Of a stretch of 64,000 bases of DNA, positions 1-12,420 are shown piece by piece. Each line of letters starts with the position of its first letter. Position 1 is the first letter of the stretch. The stretch spans positions 248,001-312,000 of the forward strand of contig NIVC01000010.1 of the NCBI GenBank assembly GCA_002269645.1. The letters run 5' to 3'. A program made the position numbers and the translations under genes. The DNA is from Macrostomum lignano. Lineage: Eukaryota. Below the pieces are notes generated by a model, which was not told where the DNA came from, did no database searches, and was given only the letters and a program-made list of their open reading frames with translations.

Positions 1-3000
1 CCCGAGGTGCCGCTGGCTATCCGCAAATGCCAAGCTGCCGGGATCTGCGTCCGCATGGTGACGGGCGACAACGTGAACACGGCCAGATCTATCGCTGGCA
101 AGTGCGGCATCCTTCGGCCTGGCGAAAACTTCCTGGTGCTGGAGGGCCGCGAATTCAATAAGCAGATCCGGGACCCAGCGACCGGACAGGTGATTTTTTA
201 TGGTTGCTTATGATTTATGGTTTATGACTTTTGATTTACGACCTAAGATTCGTTTTGTTTTGTAGTTCTTACATCAAGGCGACTTGATTGGATGGACGAG
301 AAAGTTCGTTTCTTAGAAAAATTTGAAATCTGGTTTTAGACGAAAGTACGTTACAGTTTTCAGTTTTAAATAAATCATGGATCGAACACCCCCCCCCACT
401 ACCGCTATTCAGGTAACACAGGAGCGATTCAACCAGGTGTGGCCCCGACTACGAGTGCTCGCCCGCTCGTCGCCGCAGGACAAGTACACTCTGGTGTCCG
501 GCATCATCGCGTCCAGACTCTCGGCCAGTCGCGAGGTCGTGGCGGTCACCGGAGACGGCACAAACGATGGCCCGGCTCTGAAGAAGGCCGACGTCGGTTT
601 CGCGATGGGCATCCAAGGTACCGATGTCGCCAAAGAGGCCTCTGACATCATTCTGACTGACGACAACTTCTCAAGCATTGTCAAAGCGGTGATGTGGGGC
701 CGCAATGTTTACGACTCGATTTCCAAGTTTCTGCAGTTTCAGCTGACCGTCAACGTTGTCGCTGTGGTTGTTGCCGTGTTCAGCGCGTGCGTCATCACGG
801 TGAGTCTCTGTGTTGCCATCTGGTAGGTTTCTGGAGTATTTTCTGGTAGGTTTCTGAAGTGTCATCTGGTAGGCTTCTGGAGTGTCATCTGGTAGGTTTC
901 TGGAGTGTCATCTGGTAGGTTTCTGAAGTGTCATCTGGTAGGTTTCTGAATGTCATCTGGTAGGTTTCTGGAGTGTCACCTGGTAGGTTTCTGGAGTGTC
1001 ATCTGGTAGGGTTCTGGAGTGTTTTCTGATAGGTTTCTGGAGTGTCATCTGGTAGATTTCGAGAATGTCGTGTCAGAAGTTATGTAGAAGTTTATTGGTT
1101 TGTTTCATATTAATTTATGAAGGTATAGTTAATTATACGCAAATCTTTAATTGTTGCGATCCAAAAGGACACCCCACTGCGAGCGATCCAAATGCTATGG
1201 GTGAACCTCATCATGGACACTTTGGCGTCCCTGGCATTGGCCACGGAGCTGCCCAACGATGAGCTTCTGGAACGGAAGCCATACGGTCGAACGAAGCCGC
1301 TGATTGACACCACAATGCTCAGAAACATCCTTGGCAACGCCATCTATCAGCTGGTCATCACCTTTGCGCTGCTGTTTGCCGGAGACAAACTGATTGACAC
1401 CCCAATTGAGCTGGGCAGCCGAGTGCCCACTGAGCACTTCACCGCCATCTTTAACGCATTTGTGCTCATGACTCTGTTTAACGAAGTGAACGCTAGGAAG
1501 ATTCACAATCAAAGAAACGTGTTCACTGGTCTGCAAAGGAACCTGCTATTCGTGCTCATCTGGATTAGCACGTTTGTACTGCAGGTGGGCGTCATAGTTC
1601 AAATGTCTCATTTATTGATTCCTTTTGACTACAAGCCGTACGTAACGTTCAATCGATCCCACATGCTTCATCGCTCAGATACTCATCGTGCAGTACGGCG
1701 GCATGGTGTTCCGGACTACTCAACTGGAGCTGAGCCACTGGATGTGGTGCCTGTGCTTCGGCATCGGCACCCTCGTCTGGCATCAGGTAGGGTGCTAAAA
1801 GAAATTCGCCGTATCGGCGTATGAGTGGCAGGAGCTGAGGGGGTGGGTAGCAAGAAGCCGCGAGAGACAGAAGGATGGTGCGCACGCCAATAAAAACCAA
1901 AATAGCACAAAATGGGGTGGGGTTAAAGCTGCAGGGTAAGAGAAACGGCGGGGGCTGGGGCAGAGGGAGAGAGAGGATTGGCTGCAGCCACGCTGGACAA
2001 AATGGGGGTAGAAAACTAGGATGCCAGATAACAAGGAGACAGCCAATGGGAGGGCACGGTGAGAGGAGAGGAATTACAGTAACTAAATTACTACATCAAA
2101 TTAATACAGGTACAGTGCAGTGGCACCATAATACAGTAAATTACATTGTAGTGCATAATAAAATATAGTTAACAAAAAGTTACGAGTATGGAAAGGGGTG
2201 GGGAGGGTTCACAGAGCGAGAGAGAGAAAGAGAGAGGGAGAGAGAGAGAAAGGTAGAGATAGAGAGAAGAGAGGTCACGGCGTGTTTAAAAAAATCAAAA
2301 GCCTAATTAATTTAATATGGGCTACCGGTTTCGAGCCTCTGGGCTCTTCGTCAGGCCAAAAAATCTGTGTGTCATGCAATTCAAGTTGGTCTTTTAAGTA
2401 TTATTTTTCTTAGTCTGATAGAATTGATGAGTAGTTGTACATATGAGGGATGTACATTTAAAACCCTGTTTTGCCTAGCTCTAACTTGTCCCAGAGGCTT
2501 TCCACCATTAATTTCAATCGACAGTATATATAAAAAATGTTTTTTTCGAAGTACTATACGATTAGATGAAATGCCGGTATTGGAGGTTGGAGCATGAAAA
2601 TCGATATTTGTGCGTACAATCAAGTAGTTTGGATAAAATAAATGACAAAGTGAACAAATATTGTACTTCAATAGGGAACAGGCCAAAAAATTGGATTACA
2701 ACACTGCAAAAACAATTGACATAATCATAGTAATAACTGACCTTCCCTAAGCATTTCAAAAACGTTCCTAAATGATAAGACTTATCCAACACCTTTCAGG
2801 TGGTCATCAGCGTACCAATCTCGATTTTGCCAACCTGCCTGGAAATTGGCGGCAGCACTGAACAGGAAATCGACCAGATTCTCGAGGATGAAGAGTACGA
2901 CCAGATGGGTTCGCTGACTGATGTTGAGACAGACATCAACAAGAAAGGACAGGTGCTGTGGATTCGAGGTCTGACTAGACTGCAAACTCAGGTAGGGGTC

Positions 3001-5258
3001 AAAGGGATGGGGTCGAAGTTTCTGTTGACTGTCTTTTAAGCGGCAAAATTTGTGCTTTATGCAATCGAAATATAATTTTTTCCCTAACGCGCTTCATCAA
3101 CCCGCAGATGCAAACGGTGAGAGAATATCAACATTAAAAACACACACTAATGTAAGACAAAACTCAATATTGTTTGCGACGCGTTTCGGCTGAAACTAGC
3201 CATCTTCAGGCGCTGTCGAACAGAATTTATTTCAACCTATTAAATACTGTGTAGACGACAAAATCAGGTGAATCAGGTGAACAGAATGAAATAAATTCTG
3301 TTCGATGGTGCCTGAGGATGGCTAGTTTTGGCCGAAACGCGTCGCAAGTAATATTGAGTTTTGTCTTACTATTATCTGTTAAGAGTGCTTCTCTACCGCA
3401 ACACACTAATGTAGCGCATAGCAGTGTTTTAGCTAGACTCCCATAAATAGATATCGTTTCCGTTTATTTTCGCTAACGACTATATTCTCTTCAATCTCCA
3501 TCGCGCTCTGGCGTACCAATTTGCACTTTTCAACATAGCTGGCTCACCTCCGTAAATGCGATTATCATTATTATTATTGCGTAACAATTCTAGGAGTCGT
3601 ATTTAGTTCACCTTTACATATTCGCACGTATCACGCAGCAATTTTGTTGATATGAAATATGCCTAGCAGTAGCATGGGGAGTGTATGTCTCTGCAGTGCT
3701 ACCTGACAAAAAATATTTGTAGAACGGTACAATATGATGTAATATAGATTAATAAATAATTTCCTATCCTCGCTTTGCTACTCACCTAATCTAGTAGTAG
3801 TCTGCATCGCTTAAAATTGAAGAAAAAAGTTTTCTTTAGGAGGTGAACAAGTTCCGCTACTACCTTGTTAAAATTACAAAAATTGCCTCTCTAAATGTAC
3901 AGTTTTAATTAGACCCCCAGATCGACTGGAAAAAATTGTAAATACGAGGCCCCGTATGCCGTCGCTCCGGCAACCACAACGGCTTCCACTCCTGACGCTT
4001 AGTGCCCCGAATAAAATGAAATGGGACCCCCTTTTTGGCGCCCCTCAACTGAAACGGCATCCCTCTAAAATGAAATGGCGCCCCCTCTAAAATGAAATGG
4101 CGCCCCCTCTCAAATGAAATGGCGCCCCCTCTAAAATGAAATGGCGCCCGTTGTAAAATGATGGCGCCCTGTCCGAAATTAAATGGCGCCCCCTCTAAAA
4201 TGAAATGGCACTTTTACAAATGAAGAATCCTGTCCTACGCTATGTTTTTGAGCAATCCAGCTTTGAGCTTTAAGGGCATGCTTGAAATAAAATTGTACCA
4301 CGAACTGTTACGTTAGCAACCTTGTTGTTTAGCAATAATAGTTCATCAGTTATTAGCGAAAGTTCAGTCTCTTATTTTAACAAAATGCTTCAGTCAATCA
4401 GCTTTATTCATCATTAAACCAGTTTATTCCTCGCTGACCGCTCTGGCTGGTTCATTAACAAAAATATTTTATTAATCTTTTTCACTGCGATTTTATTTGC
4501 CGGAATTATTTTGTATTTTTGTTACTATCAGCATATTGTTATAGTGGCAGAAAGTCCGCAAAACCAAACTAATAGGAACTAATGGGAATAGGAATTTGAA
4601 ATTACTTCCAAATCAAAGTATTTTGCCAAATAGCACTGTTGTCTAGTTTGTTTTCACAAAGAACTGAGTTTTTAGGTTGCTTAGAAAATGCCTTCAAGAA
4701 ACGCAAACAAATGAATTAAAAACCGATTAAAACAAAGTATTAAATTTAATTTACTTCATATTCTTAGAAAAGTTTCGAAAAACCAAAATATGAATTTAAA
4801 AACGGTTAAAACAAAACCGTAATTTTTTAAATTCATTTTCTTAGAAAAGACTCGAGAAACATGCAAAACATGTATTAAACAATCGATTAAAACAAAATTT
4901 TATAAACGAAATCAATAAATAAACGCCGCAGCTGCGCGTTGTCCGAGCTTTCAAAAGCTCGTTGGACGATTTGGAGAACCGGCGCGACTTTCTCGAGCTG
5001 AGGCGCCAGCGGTACGGCCGCTCGCACACGCAGCCGACGCAGGCCGAGTTCGCCCGAGGGCCCTCGGCCGCCGCCGTTGTTGCAGTCTCCAGCCGGTCAT
5101 TCGACTGCTCGAACGTTCCCAGCTCGGAGAGCAAAGCTAGTGCGGAGTCCTATCCGTCGGATGCCGCAGCTGCCACCGCATGTCCCCAGCCGCAGACCCA
5201 GAAGAGGCAGCTGCAGCTTCAGCAGATGCAGCAGATGCAGCTGCTGGATGGGCCTTAA
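1..5258 (+). CDS. ATP2B: Plasma membrane Ca2+-transporting P-type ATPase (PMCA), 3' part, isoform with proximal terminal exon. Exons 1-189, 413-799, 1168-1584, 1679-1786, 2800-2991, 4932-5258; 5' part lies outside the window
   Basis: Motifs [63 protein letters not shown], and the calmodulin-binding [15 protein letters not shown]|LRVVRAF. All introns are GT..AG and phase 0, and the exons join in frame. Confidence 0.96.
818..1058 (+). repeat. 23-bp minisatellite (CTGGTAGGTTTCTGGAGTGTCAT), about 11 units, in a PMCA intron
   Basis: Directly visible tandem units with a period of about 23. Confidence 0.92.
2319..2358 (-). ncRNA. Minimal type I hammerhead-ribozyme-like motif (Penelope/retrozyme type)
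   Basis: Minus strand reads GGC-CUGACGA-A-GAGCC-CAGA-GGCUC-GAAA-CCGG-UA-GCC: core boxes, a 5-bp stem II, a palindromic CCGG stem III and a short stem I. Confidence 0.6.
3153..3368. repeat. Palindromic element with about 80-bp inverted arms (3153-3234 and 3288-3368), each containing a hammerhead-like motif
   Basis: TAAGACAAAACTCAATATT...CAGAATTTATTTCA mirrored by TGAAATAAATTCTG...AATATTGAGTTTTGTCTTA. Confidence 0.85.
3308..3346 (+). ncRNA. Minimal hammerhead-like motif, sense to PMCA; a reverse-complement twin lies at 3175-3213
   Basis: UGC-CUGAGGA-U-GGCUA-GUUU-UGGCC-GAAA-CGCG-UC-GCA; the twin on the minus strand is CUGAAGA-U-GGCU-AGUUUC-AGCC-GAAA-CGCG-UC. Confidence 0.6.
4005..4212 (+). repeat. 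22-bp minisatellite (CTCTAAAATGAAATGGCGCCCC), about 9 units
   Basis: Visible period of 22. Confidence 0.9.
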
Positions 5259-6129
5259 TTGGTTAGACCTGGTTGCTAGGTTACAGTGTTGGGTTTATAG
5301 TGTTAGGTTAATTATGCCGGGTTAGACTGGATAGAATAGCTTAGATTAGATACGATGCAATATAGATTTATAACCGCGAACTCGACGGGGAATTCCCGCG
5401 GAAATTCCATGGGAAATCCTTGAAATGAGCATGAAAGAAATTGGCCTTGCCTTGCATGAAAGCTAATCTAACCACTTTTTGATCTTTTTTCGTATCAAAC
5501 ACAATTATGCACACGCAATTGTAGATGTAAACAATTAATTCAAGCGAATATAATAACCCAAGTAATATTAATAACAATTTTAATTCGTGTGCCTATATGC
5601 TTGTGACAGTATAATCGGATTACCATTTGATGTGCCACCGCTTGCATGCATCAATTTCTTTAATATCGTTGCAACTACGCTCGTATTAAAATTTCATCTG
5701 CCTTACATGTATTCCTCTTTGTGCAAGATCTTGCTCTCTTCAAATGTGTTTAAAGTTCACTTCGTGTCGTTTCCAAGTTAAGCACGCTTAACACTGCTCC
5801 ATTCTATGAAATAATATTTTGACAGTTAGTATTTACTCGTCAATACTATTAATATCGAATTTTTAGGTGCAAAATTTAATAATTATACATTATGTACTAA
5901 AAATAAGTTAACCCACTAAACCAAGCTATTCATTACCTCTGCAATGTTTATTTCAAAAGTACGTGTAGAACTTGCATACATGTAGAGTTTTGATAGACAT
6001 GATTTTAATTTAGAGGCGCGAGCATTAAGTCAAATAAAGCTAAGAATGGTGCAAATATTCATTTAAACAAATAAGTCCGTCAAAAGTAGCTAACTTAAAC
6101 AAAACGATTAATTCGCTTAACTCCGACAG

Positions 6130-6294
6130 GTTCGAGTCGTCAACGCATTTCGCATGGGCCTGGAAGCGGAGCTGGACAGGCGCTCCATCAATTCGAGTTT
6201 GTCGTCGAATCAGTTGGCCAATTTTCTAAAAAGCAATCCGTCTGTAGATTACGACGATCACCAAGCCGAAATTATTTGTCCGCCGGATGTTTAA
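6130..6294 (+). CDS. ATP2B: Alternative distal terminal exon of PMCA (VRVVNAFRMGLEAELDRR...IICPPDV*), 54 aa
   Basis: Acceptor ccgacAG at 6128-6129, phase 0. The translation VRVVNAFR completes the calmodulin-binding helix after RLQTQ. Stop TAA at 6292-6294. Too short for the ORF track. Confidence 0.88.
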   Translation, partial: VRVVNAFRMGLEAELDRRSINSSLSSNQLANFLKSNPSVDYDDHQAEIICPPDV

Positions 6295-8645
6295 ACCTTT
6301 TTAATTAATAAATTACAGCCCTTCAATTCACAGCTGACTAGGTTTTTTTTACCGAAGCGTTGTGTTTTTATCAATATTATTAAACGCCTAGCTTAGTTTC
6401 ACGCCCTAAATAATTTTATAAAAGTGCAAAAACGACATTTTTAGTCATTTAAAGCTATAAGATGCAGAAATTCAATTTATTTTTTACAAATAGTTATATT
6501 GCTTACGAGCGTACTTGAGTTATCTATAGCTTGCTTTTGCTGTTGTTGCCGCATTGTTAATTATTGGAAAACAATCTAGTTAAGTTTAAGGATGCTCAAG
6601 TATAGAAGGACGGGATACTACGTTTCTTGGAAAATTTTAGGAGGCAGGTTTTGCAGAAAAAAATACATTTCTTCATTTTTTCTAGGAGGTATTCATTTTT
6701 TAGCGCAACAATTAATATTGTTTTTGATAGAAATGAGACCCTAATGTTAATTTTTATTTACGTCTTGCCTTTCTTAATTATAGCTCTATTAATATTCATA
6801 AACCTTTTATTCGCTTAGAAAATTAGTATTCTACAATTGTATGTTCTTCCGCCACAGTTTATCGCATGCTAATCTTTGAAGGCCGGAAAATATTAGTCTG
6901 ATAGGAGCTTTTTACCCAGCAAAACAATCTAATGTTGCTGTTAGTGAGTAGTATAGTATGAGCGTATATTTTTTATTAAGCGGAGCTTACCTGTGTTTTT
7001 ATTGCCAGCGTACATTTAGTGCAGCTCGAAATATTAAAATGCTAATTTCTGCGTTTGACTGGTTACTAATAATGTGGTTATGGGTATTCATAAAGCCAAG
7101 TTAAGCATACTAAAATTATAAACAAAGGCAACATCCTTTTAAGTTTTATAAGCCTTCAAAATTTTCCAAGAAACCAAGTCTCCTTTTTACCCGCACAGGG
7201 CCATTAATTGATCGACATGCATGAGCAGGAGTACAGTTCTACATGCTGTTATTATTCTTTTTGAAAGCTTTTTTTGCGATACACAACATGTACTTGATAA
7301 TTCAAACTAAAAAACATTATGCATTCCCAATGCTGTAGTCTTTTGTGTTTCTGTTGTCAGTATAGCTTGTCGAATATTTGAATTCATAAATTAAAGGGTA
7401 GCCCTTTACATCTTACAAGGTTATATATCATTTTTCCGCCACAGTTCAGGCATTGCTAAGGCAATAACTATGGATAAAAATTAGTATTTACCAACCAGCA
7501 CTCAAATAAAATACTCTGAACTATAGTTTTTCTTCTAATCAAGAATTATTCCAGCGTTCAGTGAGAGCATAATAATCTTTTTCCCTGAAAATAAATGCAG
7601 GATTCGCGCTTTCGCATGAACACCTCTTATTTATTAAAAGTGCGCAATTTATCAAAATAATCTAGCATTCCATCATATGTCGGTCCAAAATTACCTCACT
7701 CATCAATTATATAATTGTTAGTCCTGAATAATATTTTTAATTTGCTGCAGTAATGCAAAAAATAAACAGTAAAATTTTACCAAATGGCCGAGCGTAAACG
7801 TTTTGCAGCACAACAATAGTAATTCATGATTGAATGTTGTTTGTGTGGTTTATATCCTATGGAATAGTTATAGCACATAATTTTCTGGATCTTTTTAGGT
7901 TTCGTTAATTTTCTCTGAAAAGCAGTTCGCAGACTTACATGCGAGTGTACAGATGCTCGCTCCTAAAAACTATAATTTTGTCTTTGAAAGCATGAAAGCA
8001 CAACTGGGATGATAGCACATTCATTGAGAAAAATACTTTAACTGTAAGCTGCAGAGAGAAGTTGCGGTTGAGAATTTAACGTAATCGAAAACAATTGAAA
8101 CTATTACACGTGCCTTTTACAGTTTAATATCATTAAATCAGGGACTACTCAATTCTCGGGACGGGAAACGGCCAAATCATGCAGAAAAAAGATGGAGGCC
8201 GATTTTCTCTGTTCTCTGCTGATCTTATGTTTTATCGCAAGAGCTTCAGCTTTTCACTATGTACACAAAATTTATCCCTCTTCAACTTCCTGTAGCCTGT
8301 TTCTACTCAAATAATTTCGGATAAATGCTAGGAGACATTTTATACAGTACCCCTTTAATACACAAACTCGATGCTTGATAAGCCAAGTGTATGTATCTGT
8401 TGTAGAAGTCTATGGGAAACATTGAAGCAAGAATTGAAAGCTTGTACAAGGAGTTCTATAATTGCTAATTATAGAACTCCTTGGCTTGTATTATGTGATG
8501 GCCTATAAGGTAAGGACTGATACCATAGAATGCAAATAAATAGTCAACTTTGGACTCCTCTGTGAGTTAACTTGGCTGGGTAGCCACGACACGACAGAAA
8601 TTTTCATTTGCTCTTCCTAATTTTGCTTTGCGTTTTTTCGCATTC

Positions 8646-9232
8646 ATGCCAAGGAAATGCTGTGTGCAATCATGCAAGTCGAACTATGTGAACGAAAAAA
8701 CTTCTGTTAAAGTCTTTACTTTCCCGAACGATCCTATAGAGAAGGAAAAATGGCGACTGGCTCTACCAAATGTCATCAAGGTGAGTCGAGTAGTAAACTG
8801 GTAATAGTGAAATTCGTGATTTTACTCTCTGCTGGGCAAAGTTGGAGAGACAGTGCATTGTCTCTCTTGTTCGGAAGGACAAGTTTTGCGAGTTATTGTT
8901 TCTGTAGCACACCGCTCATAATTCTACAGGATCCAACACCGCATATGGCAGTATGCGAGAAGCACTGGCCAATATCAGTGCCAATGATAAAACGCAGCAG
9001 ATATGAGCGACCTGTCGACCCGCCGTCCGTCTTTGACGTTGCAATTCCCCCATCATGTTTTGTTCAATCGAAATGTGAGAATTTGTCAATACATAAACTG
9101 TACACGCATTGTGCTACCAACATACAAACGATTCTCCATCGCATTGCTTACATCCATAATTTTAGCATTAGCGAGAAAACCAAAAGTCCGTCGTGTTTTG
9201 TCTGCCGAAAGAAATTCCCGAGAATTGAGTAG
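8646..9232 (+). CDS. THAP zinc-finger domain protein, spliced (8646-8780 joined to 8930-9232, about 145 aa); possibly a P-superfamily transposon relic
   Basis: MPRKCCVQSCKSNY...VFTFPNDPIEKEKWRLALP | ...VCEKHW...PPSVF fits the THAP C2CH signature. The intron gtgagt...ctacag is phase 0. Confidence 0.7.
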
Positions 9233-11137
9233 TCCCTGCATTAAATACTGAAAAGCACGCGAAGAAATCAAAGCATGTAAACTATGGTAACTATTTTGCC
9301 CAACAAGTGTTGACCAAAGCTAAAGTTATGGACAACTTTTTCTCTGGCACACTTAAACGCGTTTTAAAATTCTAATAGCACTAACTTCTAAGTCATTGCA
9401 CCTTACTCATGTTTAAGTTTATGCAAAATATATTATCGTAAAAAATAAACAAATTTTCTTATCTTTAGATAGAGTTAAAGGTTATTGTTTACAATCTATT
9501 TCAGAGCTAGCGTTTTTTATTTACTTTTATTATCTGTTTTTAGAAAATTCTTAAATTCATAATGTTTACAGTTTTTTAACTCTTAAACTAGAACCGCTGT
9601 AAAAATTTAATGTAAAGCTTCAAAAAATGTAGACACGAATGTGAATGATCATGTACGAGCGTATGAGTGAAAATCCGTTGGTAAACAGACAAATATAAGC
9701 TTTAAATGTCATGGCGCATATTACTTTTGGATTGCTATTTTGCCATTCCCCTAAAAAGTTTAAATATTTGAATAGATTAATACTAGGGCCTAATACTTAC
9801 TTATAGTATAGGCCTAGGCCGTCTGGCCGAACGAGCAAAGATTTTTGGTCGAGCCGAGTATCGTGTCGAGACTTTAGTGCTTACAGTGTACGTCAAGTAG
9901 CTAGTCGAGAAATGTCGAGCGAGTAATTTGCACATTTTTTATGCAGCATTTTCTAGCATTTTCTATAGGAGCCTAGTCACACTGTCAATGTCATAGGCCT
10001 AGTGTCATTTCATGGGCCTACAAAGATTTATTTATATTAATATTGTATCATAAACATTTTTTTCGGTGTAGGACCAAGACCGCCACACACCAAGACCGCC
10101 ACACTTGGGGGAGCTAGGGGGAGGAATTTGGCTCGCCATGTTATTGGATGGTGCTGGGGGAGGGATGAGATGGGGACAACAAGGCCGCAAGAGAGGAACC
10201 AGTGAGCGGGCCGGGTGGGTGAGTGAGCCCTCCTCGTTTTTTCATTCAATTTGAATTGTAAAGTAACTATCAATCCTAAATAAACAGCTACTATTAGTAG
10301 AAAGCTGTGAAAAAAGGCTCTTGACTTAACTGCATTCTTAATTCGCAGTTTCAAATGTGGTCCTTGAGTTGGTTATCATTGTTATAATTTGTTATAATGT
10401 GAGTTTTCATGTGTGATTCGAGCATGTCCGATTGCCAATGCAAATTTGCCAATTCGATCGCAGGCAGGCAGGCTAACAAGCACTTGTATTTAGAGGTTAC
10501 GGGATGGTGAGTCGTGCAGCCATACCGTTTTTATTACGTGTACATGTACAGGCTTCCTATAAAAACGACACTAAAGTAGTCAGTGATTTGTACGAGCTGG
10601 GCCTCGATCGAGTTGTACGAGGCCTGTTATAAGCAGCTTTCATGCTCACTTTAAATCACTCAATCACTAACTCACTCACTCTCTCACCCTCTACATGTAT
10701 CTTACTCGCTCACTCACTCACTTGCACACTGATCACTCACTCAAAAGTTACTCTAATCGCTCTTAATACAATCAAAATGTATGGCACGAAAATGCATGCA
10801 CATCACATGTAAAGTAATCGTTTACTTTGATTTCGGATGTTCTCCCTGTTTATTAAAAAATACGTTCTAAAACTATAATTTGAACGAATATTAGCTACAA
10901 TTGTACATTTGTACTGTACATCACATTGGCTACCAGTATATACTCGTGCATGTAACATGCAGTTCTGATCCCTACCATACAACAGACGGACAGTCATATC
11001 GCTACACTTGATTTTAATTTACCATGCAATCAATTGGCAATGATCGACCTGGTACACAGTATGCGCATTGTGTGATAGATACATGTATATCCATGCTCTG
11101 TACAGCTAAATTGGATCAGGAAATCATCTCTCGAGGT

Positions 11138-12412
11138 CAGGGGTGGTCGGAACCAGGGGTCACGGGGGGCTGGAGCCCCCCCCCCCACTTTTTAGCATGA
11201 TCCATCAAGTGCCCTTTTTGAATTTTAAGCAAGTGTCGGCCGGTTTTCGGCTTTGGCTTTTCTGAGTCTTGGAAGCTAAGGGCTGATATAATAGTTAATG
11301 TTGTTCTCAATCCCATTCACTACAGTTTTATCTAATGTGCCTAAGCCTAGTGCTTTTAGTGTAGGGGTCAGCAAAATTTTTACCTCAAGGGCCAGATTAA
11401 GAACCTAGCGTGGCGCAATGACTGCCCTTCTGGGTCTGCTTCCGTGGGCCCCCTAAGCGAAACGTGCCCAGGAGTCCCTGATGATTGCAGGCAAGAGAAG
11501 GGAGAGGATAGGGAATAGAGAAGAGAACTATACGAGTACGATCGTAGGAGAAAGGAGAGGCTAAGGAATAAAGGAGAAGAGAGTAGACGAGAAAAGAGAT
11601 AAAATAGGAGAGGGGAGATGAATGAGGAGAGTCGAGATATAAGAGAGAGGAGAGAACGAGGGAAGGGAGAAGAGAATGGAGAGGAAAAGGGAGATGAGAG
11701 CTGATACGAGCTAAGAGAGGAGAGGAGATGATAAGAGAGGAGAGATGAGAGGAGAGAACAGAGAAGAGTGGAGAGGAGAGGAGAGGAGAGGAGAGGAGAG
11801 GAGAGGAGAGGAGATAGGTGAGGAGAGGAGAGGAGAGGAGAGGAGAGGAGAGGAGATAGGTGAGGAGAGGAGAGGAGAGGAGAGGAGAGGAGAGGAGAGG
11901 AGAGGAGAGGAGAGGAGAGGTGAGGTGAGGAGAGGAGAGGAGAGGAGAGGAGAGGAGATAGGTGAGGAGAGGAGAGGAGAGGAGAGGAGAGGAGAGGAGA
12001 GGAGAGGAGAGGAGAGGAGAGGAGAGGAGAGGAGAGGAGAGGTGAGGAGAGGAGAGGAGAGGAGAGGAGATAGGTGAGGAGAGGAGAGGAGGAGAGGAGA
12101 GGAGAGGAGAGGAGAGGAGAGGAGAGGAGAGGAGAGGAGAGGAGAGGAGATAGGTGAGGAGAGGAGAGGAGAGGAGAGGAGAGGAGATAGGTGAGGAGAG
12201 GAGAGGAGAGGAGAGGAGAGGAGAGGAGAGGAGAGGAGAGGAGAGGAGAGGAGAGGAGAGGAGAGGAGAGGAGAGGAGAGGAGAGGACAATTTCACAAAC
12301 TGATATAGCTAACATCAGGAGTTTGGGTGCCCTTAGATTAAAAGAAATTATGTGCAATGTGCCCTCCCAACAATAGCCCCCCCCCACTTTGAAATATTTT
12401 CCGACACTGCTG
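11138..12412. mobile_element. Non-autonomous hAT-like element nested in the MULE, carrying a (GGAGA)n tract
   Basis: Imperfect TIR CAGGGGTGGTCGGAA / TTCCGACACTGCTG and an 8-bp TSD CTCGAGGT (11130-11137, 12413-12420). Confidence 0.8.
11740..12287 (+). repeat. (GGAGA)n pentanucleotide microsatellite with periodic GATAGGTGA interruptions
   Basis: Direct inspection; it explains the spurious SSPLL and EERRG ORFs. Confidence 0.97.
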
Positions 12413-12420
12413 CTCGAGGT

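Noticed and set aside
409-1536. Minus-strand ORFs 409-705 and 1195-1536
   Set aside because: Antisense shadows of PMCA exons
11380-12387. Long ORFs of 335, 299 and 110 aa (SSPLL/EERRG)
   Set aside because: Translations of the (GGAGA)n microsatellite
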